From Fervidobacterium sp. (GTDB lineage: Bacteria > Thermotogota > Thermotogae > Thermotogales > Fervidobacteriaceae), in assembly GCA_049970055.1 (NCBI GenBank), contig JBMFNR010000002.1, forward strand, positions 500,406 to 564,405: DNA of 64,000 nucleotides. Direction: 5' to 3'. The notes under the pieces are model-generated. The model saw only the letters and a list, made by a program, of their open reading frames with translations. It searched no databases and was not told the DNA's origin. This document shows positions 47,500-58,094 of this stretch, in pieces (the stretch's first letter is position 1; every line of letters starts with the position of its first letter). The position numbers and the translations under genes are program-made.

Positions 47500-49239
47500 T
47501 CAACTCATATTTCGAAGTTCTTTGATATCATTGACGAGTACTTTCATAAATTTAAATGCGTTATCCCAGAATCCAGCCTCAGATATGTCTACTCCTACTT
47601 TTAGTAGTAGCTCGTGCGGTGAAAGGCTTCCACCACTCTCGAGTAAGTTAAGATACTTGCTAACGAAAACTTTTCCATCTTCAAGATACTTTTCATAAAG
47701 GGATATCACAAGACAGTGTGCAAAATTGTACGCATAAACGTAGAATGGTGTTTCAAAGATATGAGATACTATTGCCCATTCGCTTTTGTACCATTCAGGT
47801 ATTTCAACAACATCACCAAATGTTTTTTTAAGTTCTTGATAGTATATCTCGTTAAGTTCATCCCAATCTGCGTAGCCCGACGAACTTATCAAATTATGAG
47901 CTCTTATCTCAAAATTAGTAAACATGTTCTGTCTGAATGTTGTGGCGAAGGTATCTTCTACTTTGGAAGTCATCAATGATAATTTTTCATCTCGATCCAG
48001 TTTGCCTTTTAGATAGTCAAAAACCAAGAATTCTCCAAAAACAGACGCAAGTTCAGCCAAAGTAAGAGGTGTATCGTAATTAAAGTATGTCTGTTTTTTC
48101 GATAACGTACCATGTAAACCATGCCCGAGTTCATGAGCTAATGTCATAACGTCGTACATATCTCCATTGAAATTTGTAAGAACATATGGAGGTAATTTGG
48201 TTGTTGCGTAAATGCAGTAAGCTCCTCCGACTTTTCCACGCCTTGGAAAAGCATCGATACGTGATTCATCAAAAAAAGATTTAACTATATCGCCCACTTG
48301 CTTGTTGAAAGAATAATAAGCATCGATGACAATTTCCTTTGCTTGGTTGAATGTGAACTTACTTACATTCTGATTTATGGGTGCGTAAATATCAGCGAGT
48401 GTAAGCCTTTCACCCATAGTTTTTGATTTCCAACTGTAGTATTCTTGTAAAATGTTGATGTTTCTATTTGTTGTCTCAATTAACTTCTCTACTACGTCAT
48501 CTTCAACTTCGTTTTCAAGGTTCATCATCGATATTGGACTTTTAAAATTTCTTATTTTTGCTTCTGTATCGTAATCTTTTACTATAAGGTTATAGATTTC
48601 AGTCAATACAAGTGAATCCTCGCGGAATCTTTCAAGGAAAATGTTCATAGCTTTTTTTCTTAATTCACCATTTGAAGACCGTCTTAAAGCTTTTATTTCC
48701 TCTGTTGTCAATGTTTTTACCTGCCCATCTATTTCTACGGTAAACCGGTATGAACTTTCTAATCGGCTGTGTATTTTAGAAATGGCACCTCGCCTTGAAA
48801 CTGATGTTAATGCAAGTATTCGCTCTGCATCTTTTGAGAGAATATGCTTTTTTCTCAATTTTATCATTTCAAAAAAGTGTGTGTAATTCGGTGATTTTTC
48901 TTTTAGAATATCGATGATTGAATTGTCAAATTGAGAAATGTACACTTCAAGTCTAGCAAAATACTCGCTTACCTTTGATTCAAGGTTTTGAATGTAGCCA
49001 AGGAGTTTTTGACTGTCTTGATTATCAGTGTTTATAGAATACCTCATCCATGCATAGTGCCCAGCTTTTCCAAATTCATCTAAAACGTCTTCTATTTTCG
49101 AAATTAAGCTAACTATAGTATCAAAATCATTTGTTTGTTCGAGGATATCTATGTATTCAGCTAGTATCTCTACACAGTTATTTGCGTGTTGTAAAGCTGT
49201 TTCATCAGAGGCAAATATTGCTTGTAAATCCCACTCCAA
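47500..49239 (-). CDS. pepF: M3 family oligoendopeptidase F
   Basis: WDL start, GKVGGAYC, TLAHELGHGLH, AELASVFGE, FYVYAY. Confidence 0.92.
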   Translation of the reverse strand: MEWDLQAIFASDETALQHANNCVEILAEYIDILEQTNDFDTIVSLISKIEDVLDEFGKAGHYAWMRYSINTDNQDSQKLLGYIQNLESKVSEYFARLEVYISQFDNSIIDILKEKSPNYTHFFEMIKLRKKHILSKDAERILALTSVSRRGAISKIHSRLESSYRFTVEIDGQVKTLTTEEIKALRRSSNGELRKKAMNIFLERFREDSLVLTEIYNLIVKDYDTEAKIRNFKSPISMMNLENEVEDDVVEKLIETTNRNINILQEYYSWKSKTMGERLTLADIYAPINQNVSKFTFNQAKEIVIDAYYSFNKQVGDIVKSFFDESRIDAFPRRGKVGGAYCIYATTKLPPYVLTNFNGDMYDVMTLAHELGHGLHGTLSKKQTYFNYDTPLTLAELASVFGEFLVFDYLKGKLDRDEKLSLMTSKVEDTFATTFRQNMFTNFEIRAHNLISSSGYADWDELNEIYYQELKKTFGDVVEIPEWYKSEWAIVSHIFETPFYVYAYNFAHCLVISLYEKYLEDGKVFVSKYLNLLESGGSLSPHELLLKVGVDISEAGFWDNAFKFMKVLVNDIKELRNMS

Positions 49240-49250
49240 CCTTATCCCCC

Positions 49251-51065
49251 CTATTCTTCATCTTCTCCAATACGTAGCATTGCTAAAAATGCCTCCTGCG
49301 GGATTGTTACGTTACCAATTTCTCTAAGTTTTTTCTTACCCTCTTTCTGCTTTTCTAGCAACTTCATTTTTCTTGTAACATCTCCACCATAACACTTTGC
49401 AAGGACATCTTTTCTGAGAGCTTTTACAGTGGATCTGGCGATAAATCTTCCTCCCGCTTTTGCCTGTATGGGAATTTCAAATTGATGTTGTGGTATTAGC
49501 TCAGCAAGTTTATCGACAAGTTTTCTTGCTATTGTGTATGCTTTGTCTTTGTGAGCAACAAAAGAGAGTGCATCTACTGGTTCTTTATTGACATAAATAG
49601 TTATCTTTACGAGTTCGCTTTTCCTGTACTCAAGGAATTCGTAATCCATAGATGCATATCCACGACTTACTGCTTTCATCCTGTCGAAGAAGTCAAAAAT
49701 AATCTCTGCAAGAGGTACTTCAAAATGCATTACGACACGCTCATGACCAGCATTTTCCGTTGAAACAAGCGTACCGCGTTTTTCATTTTGAACGAGATTC
49801 ATTAGTTTTCCTATGTATTCTGGAGGAGTGATAATAGCTAACTTAACATACGGTTCGTAAATTTCGGCCACTTCACCTTCTTCCGGAAATTTCGCAGGGT
49901 CGTTTATCAGCAATTCCTCACCACTTTGTGTTACTACTTTGTACTCAACGTTTGGAGCTGTCAAAATCACTGCAATTTCAAATTCTCTCTCGAGCCTTTC
50001 CCTAACTACGTCCATATGTAAAAGGCCAAGAAATCCACATCTGAATCCGAACCCTAAAGCAGGAGAATGATCGGGTTTGTACACTAGTGCAGCATCATTG
50101 AGTTTGTACTTATCAAGTGCTTTTCTTAATTCTTCATAATACTCGGGAAGTCCCGGGTACATACCGGCGTAGACCATTGGTTTGACTTCCTTGTACCCTG
50201 GTAATGGTTCAGGAGCAGGATTATCTGGTTTAGTGATTGTGTCACCTATCTTTGCTTTTGAGACATCTTTCAACCCTGCTATAATGTAACCAATATCACC
50301 TGCTTTTAAACTTTCAACAGGTGTCATGTCTGGTGTGAATGTACCAACCTCATCGATCTCGTAAACTTCGTTACTTGCCATCATCATGATCTTATCCCCG
50401 GGTTTTATTTCACCATCAAACACGCGAACATAGGTTATAACGCCTCTGTATTTATCGTATTTAGCATCGAAGATTAAAGCACGCAAATAACCATCGTCGC
50501 TTGTTTTTGGAGCGGATACAATCCTTATAACAGCCTCCAATAGATCTTTGACTCCTGTTCCTTCTTTTGCACTTATTTTATATATATCTTCGCCTGGAAT
50601 ACCGATGAGATCTTCAATTTCAGCAATTGTTTCTTCTATATTTGCTGTTGGAACATCTATTTTGTTTATCACTGGTACAATTTCGAGGTTATGATCTAAA
50701 GCTTTGTAAGTATTTGCCACTGTCTGGGCTTGAACACCTTGAGTGGCATCAACAAGAAGTATTGCACCTTCAACAGCGGCCATACTTCTGTCAACTTCGT
50801 ATGAAAAATCCACGTGCCCTGGAGTATCAACGATGTTGATTTCGTATTCATTTCCATTATCAGATTTGTAGAAAACTCTCAGTGGATGTGATTTTATCGT
50901 TATACCACGTTCACGTTCGATATCCATGCTGTCGAGGTATTGTTCTCTCATCTTTCTTTTCTCGATTGCGTTTGTCATTTCAAGTATTCTATCGGTAAGT
51001 GTTGTCTTTCCATGATCTATATGTGCTATGATACATATGTTTCTTACATTTTCAATTTTTCTCAT
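49251..51065 (-). CDS. lepA: Elongation factor 4 (LepA)
   Basis: AHIDHGKTTL, DTPGHVDF, GFRCGFLGLLH, KCYGGDVTRK. Confidence 0.98.
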   Translation of the reverse strand: MRKIENVRNICIIAHIDHGKTTLTDRILEMTNAIEKRKMREQYLDSMDIERERGITIKSHPLRVFYKSDNGNEYEINIVDTPGHVDFSYEVDRSMAAVEGAILLVDATQGVQAQTVANTYKALDHNLEIVPVINKIDVPTANIEETIAEIEDLIGIPGEDIYKISAKEGTGVKDLLEAVIRIVSAPKTSDDGYLRALIFDAKYDKYRGVITYVRVFDGEIKPGDKIMMMASNEVYEIDEVGTFTPDMTPVESLKAGDIGYIIAGLKDVSKAKIGDTITKPDNPAPEPLPGYKEVKPMVYAGMYPGLPEYYEELRKALDKYKLNDAALVYKPDHSPALGFGFRCGFLGLLHMDVVRERLEREFEIAVILTAPNVEYKVVTQSGEELLINDPAKFPEEGEVAEIYEPYVKLAIITPPEYIGKLMNLVQNEKRGTLVSTENAGHERVVMHFEVPLAEIIFDFFDRMKAVSRGYASMDYEFLEYRKSELVKITIYVNKEPVDALSFVAHKDKAYTIARKLVDKLAELIPQHQFEIPIQAKAGGRFIARSTVKALRKDVLAKCYGGDVTRKMKLLEKQKEGKKKLREIGNVTIPQEAFLAMLRIGEDEE

Positions 51066-51106
51066 CAATTCTTTCCCTCCGGGGCTAGTATAAAATCTTA
51101 CGTATC

Positions 51107-51895
51107 TTACTTTTTCAGATCAAACCCACGCACTTCAACAACTGTGAATGGAATACTTATACCGTATTCATCAAACGTTTTTTTGATGCGTGAAGCCACA
51201 GCATTCAATGTGTCGAAATACGTTTCACGTTCTGTCCAAAATTTCACGCTATAAGTTATACCGTTATTGTCAAAAGATTTAAAGACAACGAGATTTTGAA
51301 CAGTCTCATTTTTTACAACGAGTGGTTCATCTTCCAGAATTTTTTTGAGTACATTCTCAGCAAAATTCATATCCGTTGCGTAATCTACAGTCACGTCTAT
51401 GTCTATTCTTCTAAATTTTCCTGGCCAAAATTTTGTAACTGTGCCTGACCATACTTTTCTATTTGGTATAAGAATGAGTTTCCCGTCAAAAGTTATCAAA
51501 TGTGTGTGGTTCATCTTGATAACGTCGACCATTCCTGTCTGACCATCTATATCGACGATTTCTCCCTCAAAAACCTTTCTTGTCACAAGCACAAGGATAC
51601 CCGAAAGAAAGTTAGTGAGTGGTTCTTGGAAAGCAAGGCCTAGCACAACACCGGATATTCCAAGCCCCGTAAGATATGGAGTTAAATTAATATCCCAAAT
51701 GGAAAGCACAGCAGCTATCGCAAAGCCATAGATTAAGAATGCCAGTAGTAAAGACAAAGTTTTCGGTGCTTTTACCTCCTTCCCCACGCTGGTTATGAAC
51801 CGTTCTATAGATTTCATTATCACCCTGTGCACAACATATCCGATGAGAATGGATATTAGAGAAAGAAATATCCTTGTTACAATTACTATGGTCAT
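51107..51895 (-). CDS. mscS: Small-conductance mechanosensitive channel
   Basis: GLGISGVVLGLAFQEPLTNFLSG, DGKLILIPN, GISIPF. Confidence 0.9.
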   Translation of the reverse strand: MTIVIVTRIFLSLISILIGYVVHRVIMKSIERFITSVGKEVKAPKTLSLLLAFLIYGFAIAAVLSIWDINLTPYLTGLGISGVVLGLAFQEPLTNFLSGILVLVTRKVFEGEIVDIDGQTGMVDVIKMNHTHLITFDGKLILIPNRKVWSGTVTKFWPGKFRRIDIDVTVDYATDMNFAENVLKKILEDEPLVVKNETVQNLVVFKSFDNNGITYSVKFWTERETYFDTLNAVASRIKKTFDEYGISIPFTVVEVRGFDLKK

Positions 51896-51940
51896 CGAGA
51901 TCATCCTCCATTATTTAGTGTGTTAGTATGTTTTCAGTAA

Positions 51941-52924
51941 TCAGTACATTATTTGAACGGCTTGCCTAACATCTTCCATAGTTTTTTGAGCAATTCCTCG
52001 AGCTTTTTGGTTACCTCTTTCCATAGTTTCTTCGACGTCTTCTTTCGTAATAGTACTATATTTATCCCATATTGGGCCGAGTTTTTCAACCATATGTTTC
52101 AATAACAATTTCTTACAATCTACGCATCCTATTTTTGCTTGCGTACATCCTTCAAAAACCCATTGCTTCTCTTCATTATTATCTGCTGTTCCAAAAGCCT
52201 TATGATAATCCCAAACTGGGCAATTTTCTGGGTTCCCAGGATCGGTTTTTCTCTTTCTCGCAGGATCGGTTACCATGGGTAGAATCATTTTAGAAAGCTC
52301 GCTTTCTGTGGTTATCAAAGGTATTGTGTTTCCATAGCTCTTACTCATCTTTCTTCCGTCCGTACCAAGTAATTTTGGAACTTTTGAGAGAATTTCTTTG
52401 GGCTCCGGAAAAACTTGTTTTTTGAATATGTAATTGAACCTTCTTGCAACCTCCCTTGTAAGTTCCACATGATAAACTTGGTCTTCGCCTACGGGCACAC
52501 CATCTGCCTTATATATAAGAATATCGGCAGCTTGTAAAACTGGGTACATCAAAAAACCAGCGTTTGAAAGGTCTTTGTTTGTCAATTGCTGCTTCATCTC
52601 TTTGTATGTGGGTACACGTTCTAACCATGAAAGAGGTGTTATCATCGAAAAAATAAGCATCAATTCAGCATGTTCCTTTATTGCCGACTGGACAAAAAGT
52701 GTTGACTTATCCAATCCGACGGCTATCAAAACCTTTACCAAGTCCTTTGTATACTCTTTTAATTCCGAGGTATCTTCGTAATGCGTTGTAAGTGCATGCC
52801 AATCAGCAACAAAATAAAATGTATCATGACCATCCGCTTGCAATTTAATCCAGTTTTCAAATACCCCTACGTAATGACCAATATGAACCTTACCGGTAGG
52901 TCTGATGCCACTGAGTATCCTCAA
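51941..52924 (-). CDS. trpS: Tryptophan--tRNA ligase
   Basis: LSGIRPTGKVHIGH, YPVLQAADIL, VPVGEDQ, KMSKS; TTG start after AAGGAGG. Confidence 0.97.
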   Translation of the reverse strand: MRILSGIRPTGKVHIGHYVGVFENWIKLQADGHDTFYFVADWHALTTHYEDTSELKEYTKDLVKVLIAVGLDKSTLFVQSAIKEHAELMLIFSMITPLSWLERVPTYKEMKQQLTNKDLSNAGFLMYPVLQAADILIYKADGVPVGEDQVYHVELTREVARRFNYIFKKQVFPEPKEILSKVPKLLGTDGRKMSKSYGNTIPLITTESELSKMILPMVTDPARKRKTDPGNPENCPVWDYHKAFGTADNNEEKQWVFEGCTQAKIGCVDCKKLLLKHMVEKLGPIWDKYSTITKEDVEETMERGNQKARGIAQKTMEDVRQAVQIMY

Positions 52925-52971
52925 GAAGATCATCCTCCTTAATGTGAAACTAGAGCTTTTCTTTGAAACCA

Positions 52972-53469
52972 TTAGAACAACGGTGTAAAGCCTTGCTTAT
53001 CCCAGTAAAACTGCTTTACATCGTTGTAGAGACTAATAAGCATATTTTTGTGCCCAGCTTCCCACTGCGCAAGTACATTCAATATTTTTTTCATGTCAGC
53101 GTCTTCTACTTTTTCAGCACTTGTTTTGTAAAAGTTTTCAAAGTCTTCTTCAATTAGATATGCCATTCTCAGTATGCTCAGGTCATTTGCCATATCATCG
53201 AGAGTGCTGGTACTCAACTCTTCTTTTTCCCTTCCTTCAAAAAAGTCCGTTTTTGTCAATACTGAATCAACATCAAGTTCAATATCTTTCTGAATATTTT
53301 CCATAAGTCTTTTGATGAATTGAATATGTTCCTCTTCCATTTTCCACAGGCTTTCTAATGTGTCTTTTACTTCTTTACTCTTAGCTCTTTGGGATTTTTC
53401 TTTGTAGAATTCTTTACCTTCGATTTCCCTTGCCAGTGCAAATCTCAGTATACCTAGAATCTTTTCCAT
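52972..53469 (-). CDS. Ferritin-like / rubrerythrin family di-iron protein
   Basis: ALAREIEGKEFY..EEEH and AYLIEEDFENFY..WEAGH duplicated E/ExxH motifs. Confidence 0.88.
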   Translation of the reverse strand: MEKILGILRFALAREIEGKEFYKEKSQRAKSKEVKDTLESLWKMEEEHIQFIKRLMENIQKDIELDVDSVLTKTDFFEGREKEELSTSTLDDMANDLSILRMAYLIEEDFENFYKTSAEKVEDADMKKILNVLAQWEAGHKNMLISLYNDVKQFYWDKQGFTPLF

Positions 53470-53505
53470 AAGATCCCCCCCTTTATCAGAAGTGAAAGTC
53501 ATCTC

Positions 53506-53781
53506 TTACCTACTTAGTATATCATACATTCTTTCCATGTATTCCCTAATTTCGTACTCTGAAAAATTTCTTGCAAAGCGCTTTAATTCATTTCCATTCT
53601 CATCGGTAAAAAGAATAGTGGGAACTGTGAATACCATATTCTGACCGGCAACATCAGGTTTTTCAATTACATCCACAATTTCGAGATCAAGTTCGTACTC
53701 ACTGGCTATTCTTTTCATCTTTGGTAAAAATGCAACACATACTCCACATTTGTCGTTTTTGAAATACTTAACCTTAAACAT
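53506..53781 (-). CDS. Small thioredoxin family protein
   Basis: CGVC, VFTVPTIL; ATG after AAAGGAG. Confidence 0.85.
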   Translation of the reverse strand: MFKVKYFKNDKCGVCVAFLPKMKRIASEYELDLEIVDVIEKPDVAGQNMVFTVPTILFTDENGNELKRFARNFSEYEIREYMERMYDILSR

Positions 53782-53803
53782 ATGTCCAACTCCTTTCAAA
53801 GTC

Positions 53804-55453
53804 TTATTTATTATCAAAAAATCCATTTTGATACATAAAATCTAATATTTGTCTTGCCACGGGTGCCGCGTTATGACCACCACTCTCGCCATGCTCGATA
53901 AGGACCAATATCGAATACATTGGTTCTCTACTTGGTGCAAATCCAACAAACCATGCATGGGGTTCACCGTCATGCGTTTGTGCTGTTCCTGTTTTCCCAG
54001 CTACCTTCACCGGGAATCCTACAAACGAGCTTGCCGCAGTTCCAGCGCTCGACGCCGGACCTTGAATTGTTGTTACCTCTTCTAAACCGGTGATAATTGT
54101 ATCCCAGTATTCGTCAGGTATGCTCAATCCAATTTTTTCTTCTTTTGTTTCTTCATTTAATATCAATTTAGGTTTTACTATTATCCCTTTGTTCGCTATT
54201 GTATTATAAACACTGAGCATCTGCAATGGAGTAACATTAATGAATCCTTGACCTATTCCGTAAAGAATCGTGTCTCCTGGGTACCACTTTTCTTTGAAGT
54301 TTTCGTATTTCCAATCAGGTGTCGGTAACGTGCCGCTTACTTCTCCAGGGATTTGTATACCCGTGATTTGTCCAATTTTAAATGCTTTTGCAACATTTAC
54401 AATCCCATCAACACCAACATCAAGCGCAGCATTATAAAAATAAACATTGCAAGAAACTCGAAGTGCTTTTTTTAAATCAACAATCCCATGCCCCGACGGC
54501 AACCAATCCTTGTATATTCCCGTAACTCTCCCTTTGGAATCCATATATTTGTAAACTCCAGTACATGCCACGGTTTTAGGGGAGGAGTAAAGTAGTTGCG
54601 CTATTGCAGTAATAACCTTAAACGTGGAACCTGGTGGATATACGTTCGATATAGCCCTATTTAATAATGGTTTTAATTGGTCATTTGTTAGTTTCTCCCA
54701 TGTTATTGAATCAAGCTCGTTCATGTCGTTTTCCGGTGCGGGGAAAGATACCATTGCAAGTATTTCTCCTGTCTTTGGCTTGGAAACTATAGCAACCGAT
54801 GGTTTTCCTATTTGTTTCAGCGTTTCATATATGAATTTTTGCAAAGAAAAATTAATCGTTGTTTGCAAATTAAGACCGCTGTCCGCCTGATTTTCAAGAA
54901 TTCCCTGCTGATATTTACCACTTGGTGTTCTCAATGTGTAGGAAACTCCTATTTTCCCTTTTAGCACATCGTTGTAGGTGAACTCAAGCCCAGACACCCC
55001 TTCTTTATCTATATTAACACTACCCACAATATGATACAAAAAACCATACGAATGTCTTTTTTCGATCGTTTCAATTTTATAACCTATGCTTTTAAGAAGA
55101 AACGCTTGTTCCCAATCTAACTCAACACTACCTGTGTTTTTCAATCTCACAATCTGGTCGATCGGAAGATACCTTTTCAGTTTTATCTCATCATTTTCTG
55201 TGTATTTCTCAATGGCAAGTATGGGTTTTACCTCACTCCAAGCGATTTTCACACCATCTGAAGAATAAATCGTACCTCTAAGTCCTTTGTTGTATTCGCT
55301 CTTTCCAAGCAAATCTATCAAAAAACTTCTGTATTTTTGCTGCTCGATTATCTGCACTTTAACAAGTCCATAAATCAAGTAGAAAAACATGCACAAAAAG
55401 AGTATAAACGGTGTGTATCTTCTCAGACGAGCATTTTCCAATTTAATCACCAC
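53804..55453 (-). CDS. Class B penicillin-binding protein (PBP2-like)
   Basis: RGTIY, GVSGLE, YPPGSTFK, SCN, AGKTGTAQ, HAWF. Confidence 0.9.
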   Translation of the reverse strand: MVIKLENARLRRYTPFILFLCMFFYLIYGLVKVQIIEQQKYRSFLIDLLGKSEYNKGLRGTIYSSDGVKIAWSEVKPILAIEKYTENDEIKLKRYLPIDQIVRLKNTGSVELDWEQAFLLKSIGYKIETIEKRHSYGFLYHIVGSVNIDKEGVSGLEFTYNDVLKGKIGVSYTLRTPSGKYQQGILENQADSGLNLQTTINFSLQKFIYETLKQIGKPSVAIVSKPKTGEILAMVSFPAPENDMNELDSITWEKLTNDQLKPLLNRAISNVYPPGSTFKVITAIAQLLYSSPKTVACTGVYKYMDSKGRVTGIYKDWLPSGHGIVDLKKALRVSCNVYFYNAALDVGVDGIVNVAKAFKIGQITGIQIPGEVSGTLPTPDWKYENFKEKWYPGDTILYGIGQGFINVTPLQMLSVYNTIANKGIIVKPKLILNEETKEEKIGLSIPDEYWDTIITGLEEVTTIQGPASSAGTAASSFVGFPVKVAGKTGTAQTHDGEPHAWFVGFAPSREPMYSILVLIEHGESGGHNAAPVARQILDFMYQNGFFDNK

Positions 55454-55466
55454 GCGACATCAATTA

Positions 55467-58094
55467 TTAATTGTCTTTGCTTAAGTACTTGTTCACAAGT
55501 TCCTGAACTACAGCCTCTTCATCTATATTTTTATCATCAAGCTTCAGACAATAGAGTTCTTCAAGGATCCGATTAAGTATTGGTCCTGACTTGAGCTGGT
55601 ATTTCTCGATTAGATATCTTCCAGTTACCACTTCGAGCTTGGTATTTGAAATGATATCTATGTAACTAAGAAGGTAATTTTGCTCATTGTCATTTAAATA
55701 AGCGGATATATGCGCATATATGTATGGATTACCTTTACCAACAACTCTGTAAATATCCATAAATGGGTATCTATTTTCTAACATTGACTTAACTGGAAGT
55801 ACGATATTCTCTGTGTATTTCAATGTTTCGATAAACTTTTTTGGATAACCATATCTATTTCTCATCTCTTCAAGTGTTGCTTTGTCATAAAATTCGAGTA
55901 AAATCGTTGAAAGAGCGTAGAATTCGCTGAATGAGTCAAACCTTTCTCGAAGCATTGGGATGAATCTGAATAACCTTTTGAGCTTTTCTTCCATTATTGA
56001 AGTATAGTAAGTTTTTGGAAATATATGTTTTATCATGCCAAGTTCAGCCATTCTTTTTATAGCCTTTAGTGGGGTTTTCTCTTCAAGTATCTTTTCGATC
56101 TCTTGCCTTATCCTTGATCCAGAAACTTTTTCAAGATAATTTTCTTCAAGATTCTTCTTTAGTAAGTTTAATGTATGCTCATCCATTTCGAAATTATATC
56201 TTTGTTCAAATCTTATACCTCTTATCATCCGTGTTGGGTCTTCTATGAAACTCAAATTGTGTAGAACACGTATAATACCTTCTTCAAGGTCTTTTTGACA
56301 ATTGAAAAAGTCGTATAAAGTCCCGAATTCCTGTGGATTCAATTTTATTGCCATAGCGTTGATTGTAAAGTCTCTTCTATATAGATCTTTCTTTATTGTA
56401 CTTATGTCAACTTGTGGTAGTTCGCCAGGACTTTCGTAATATTCCGTTCGTGCGGTTGCGATGTCAATTTTAAAACCATCTTTAAATACGACGGTTGCAG
56501 TGAAGAATTTTTCATATGTTACGAGAATCGCGTTAATTTGAGATGCCACGTATTTTGCAAATTCTATACCATTACCCTCGACAACAATGTCTATATCGTA
56601 ATTTTCAATGTTTAGTAACAAATCCCTCACGAAACCACCAACAACATAGACGGGGGCATTAAGCTCGTTGCCGAACATACCAATTAATCTAAGTAAATTG
56701 ATGATCCTTTTATTGACCCTAGAGTTTAGTATTTCTAATACATTCCTAAACATAGGTTTAGTTTCTTCTTTCTTTGTGTAGTTAATAGCCTTATGTACGT
56801 TTTCGGCTTTCATAATGTCAGATCTTGTAACAATCCCAACTAAGATATTATTTTCGTCCAATATAGGTATCCTTCCAATATCATTTTCAACCATCAACTT
56901 ACGAAGAGCAGGTAAAGGCGTATCAGTTTTAGCTGTTATCAATTTTGACGTCATGATAGACTTAATTGGGCGTTTACCGAGTCCGTGGTTTAGGGCTTTG
57001 TCAACAGATTTCTTTGTAACTATGCCAATTAACTTATTCCCTTCTACAATAGGTATCCCACCATGTCCTGTAATTTCCATGATCCTATTAACTTCTTCGA
57101 TTGTTTCCGTCGAAAGAGCGGTTCTAACAGGTGAAGACATTATATCCTTCGCTTTCAAACTTGTGTCCATATACTTTGGAAGCAGTTGCAATATTTTGTG
57201 TTCAACCTCCTCAACAGATGCTATGCTTACTGTTGCTGAGGCAGCTTGTCTATGCCCTCCTCCGCCAAACTCACTCATGAGTCCCGCAAGATTTATATCA
57301 GGTGATTTTGTTCTTCCAACTATAAAAACCTTTTTCCCCATTCTTACAATGGCTATAAGTGTTTCAGCATTTTGAGTATACCAGAATTTAGAAACGATAG
57401 CAGAAAGTCCACCTATAAATTTTTCGGTTTCATCTTTGGTTATAGTGATTGGGTAATTGTTGATGTTATGCAGTTTCGCATTCTGTAACAAGTTGTTTAA
57501 GACAATCTTTTGATCAATAGTTAAGTCGAACTTCACGTACTCAGAAACTATATTCAATGACATACCTTGATTCAACAAATACAACACGGCCTCTACATCC
57601 TGAGTTGTTGTGCTTGAAAACAACAAACTACCGGTATCTTCGTATATAGCGATGCCAAGTAATGAAGCTTCTTCTTTTGACAATTTAAGCCCTTTCTCCC
57701 GTAACATATTAACAACTATTGTAGCTGCGGCCCCTGTTTGGTGTATTATTTTTTCCGTGTATGTAGTGCTATCACCTGAGTCACGTATGTCTGGATGGTG
57801 GTCAATGACCTTTATTTTCGTATTCGATGTTGTTCTTTTTTTTATCTCATCACTTACTCTTTCCAAGCTTGGTGTGTCGACTATTATTAACTCATCGATA
57901 CTCTCATTAACGTTTTTGAGTTCGTTTTCTGTTTTATATCGAAAAAAATCCCCATAAAATTGGAGAAATTCTTTTAGATTTTGCAAGGGATTACCAGATA
58001 TCACTATCTCAAAATTTGGATAAATCTTTTTTAGTCCTATGCAACTTGCAAATCCATCAAAATCAGGATTAATATGCGTTGTGACAACTTTCAA
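55467..58094 (-). CDS. cca: tRNA nucleotidyltransferase with N-terminal DHH/DHHA1 and CBS domains
   Basis: HINPDFDG, IDHH, GGGGH, CBS pair, VGGFVRD, DIDI, DLYRRDFTINAMA, FIEDPTR. Confidence 0.92.
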   Translation of the reverse strand: MKVVTTHINPDFDGFASCIGLKKIYPNFEIVISGNPLQNLKEFLQFYGDFFRYKTENELKNVNESIDELIIVDTPSLERVSDEIKKRTTSNTKIKVIDHHPDIRDSGDSTTYTEKIIHQTGAAATIVVNMLREKGLKLSKEEASLLGIAIYEDTGSLLFSSTTTQDVEAVLYLLNQGMSLNIVSEYVKFDLTIDQKIVLNNLLQNAKLHNINNYPITITKDETEKFIGGLSAIVSKFWYTQNAETLIAIVRMGKKVFIVGRTKSPDINLAGLMSEFGGGGHRQAASATVSIASVEEVEHKILQLLPKYMDTSLKAKDIMSSPVRTALSTETIEEVNRIMEITGHGGIPIVEGNKLIGIVTKKSVDKALNHGLGKRPIKSIMTSKLITAKTDTPLPALRKLMVENDIGRIPILDENNILVGIVTRSDIMKAENVHKAINYTKKEETKPMFRNVLEILNSRVNKRIINLLRLIGMFGNELNAPVYVVGGFVRDLLLNIENYDIDIVVEGNGIEFAKYVASQINAILVTYEKFFTATVVFKDGFKIDIATARTEYYESPGELPQVDISTIKKDLYRRDFTINAMAIKLNPQEFGTLYDFFNCQKDLEEGIIRVLHNLSFIEDPTRMIRGIRFEQRYNFEMDEHTLNLLKKNLEENYLEKVSGSRIRQEIEKILEEKTPLKAIKRMAELGMIKHIFPKTYYTSIMEEKLKRLFRFIPMLRERFDSFSEFYALSTILLEFYDKATLEEMRNRYGYPKKFIETLKYTENIVLPVKSMLENRYPFMDIYRVVGKGNPYIYAHISAYLNDNEQNYLLSYIDIISNTKLEVVTGRYLIEKYQLKSGPILNRILEELYCLKLDDKNIDEEAVVQELVNKYLSKDN

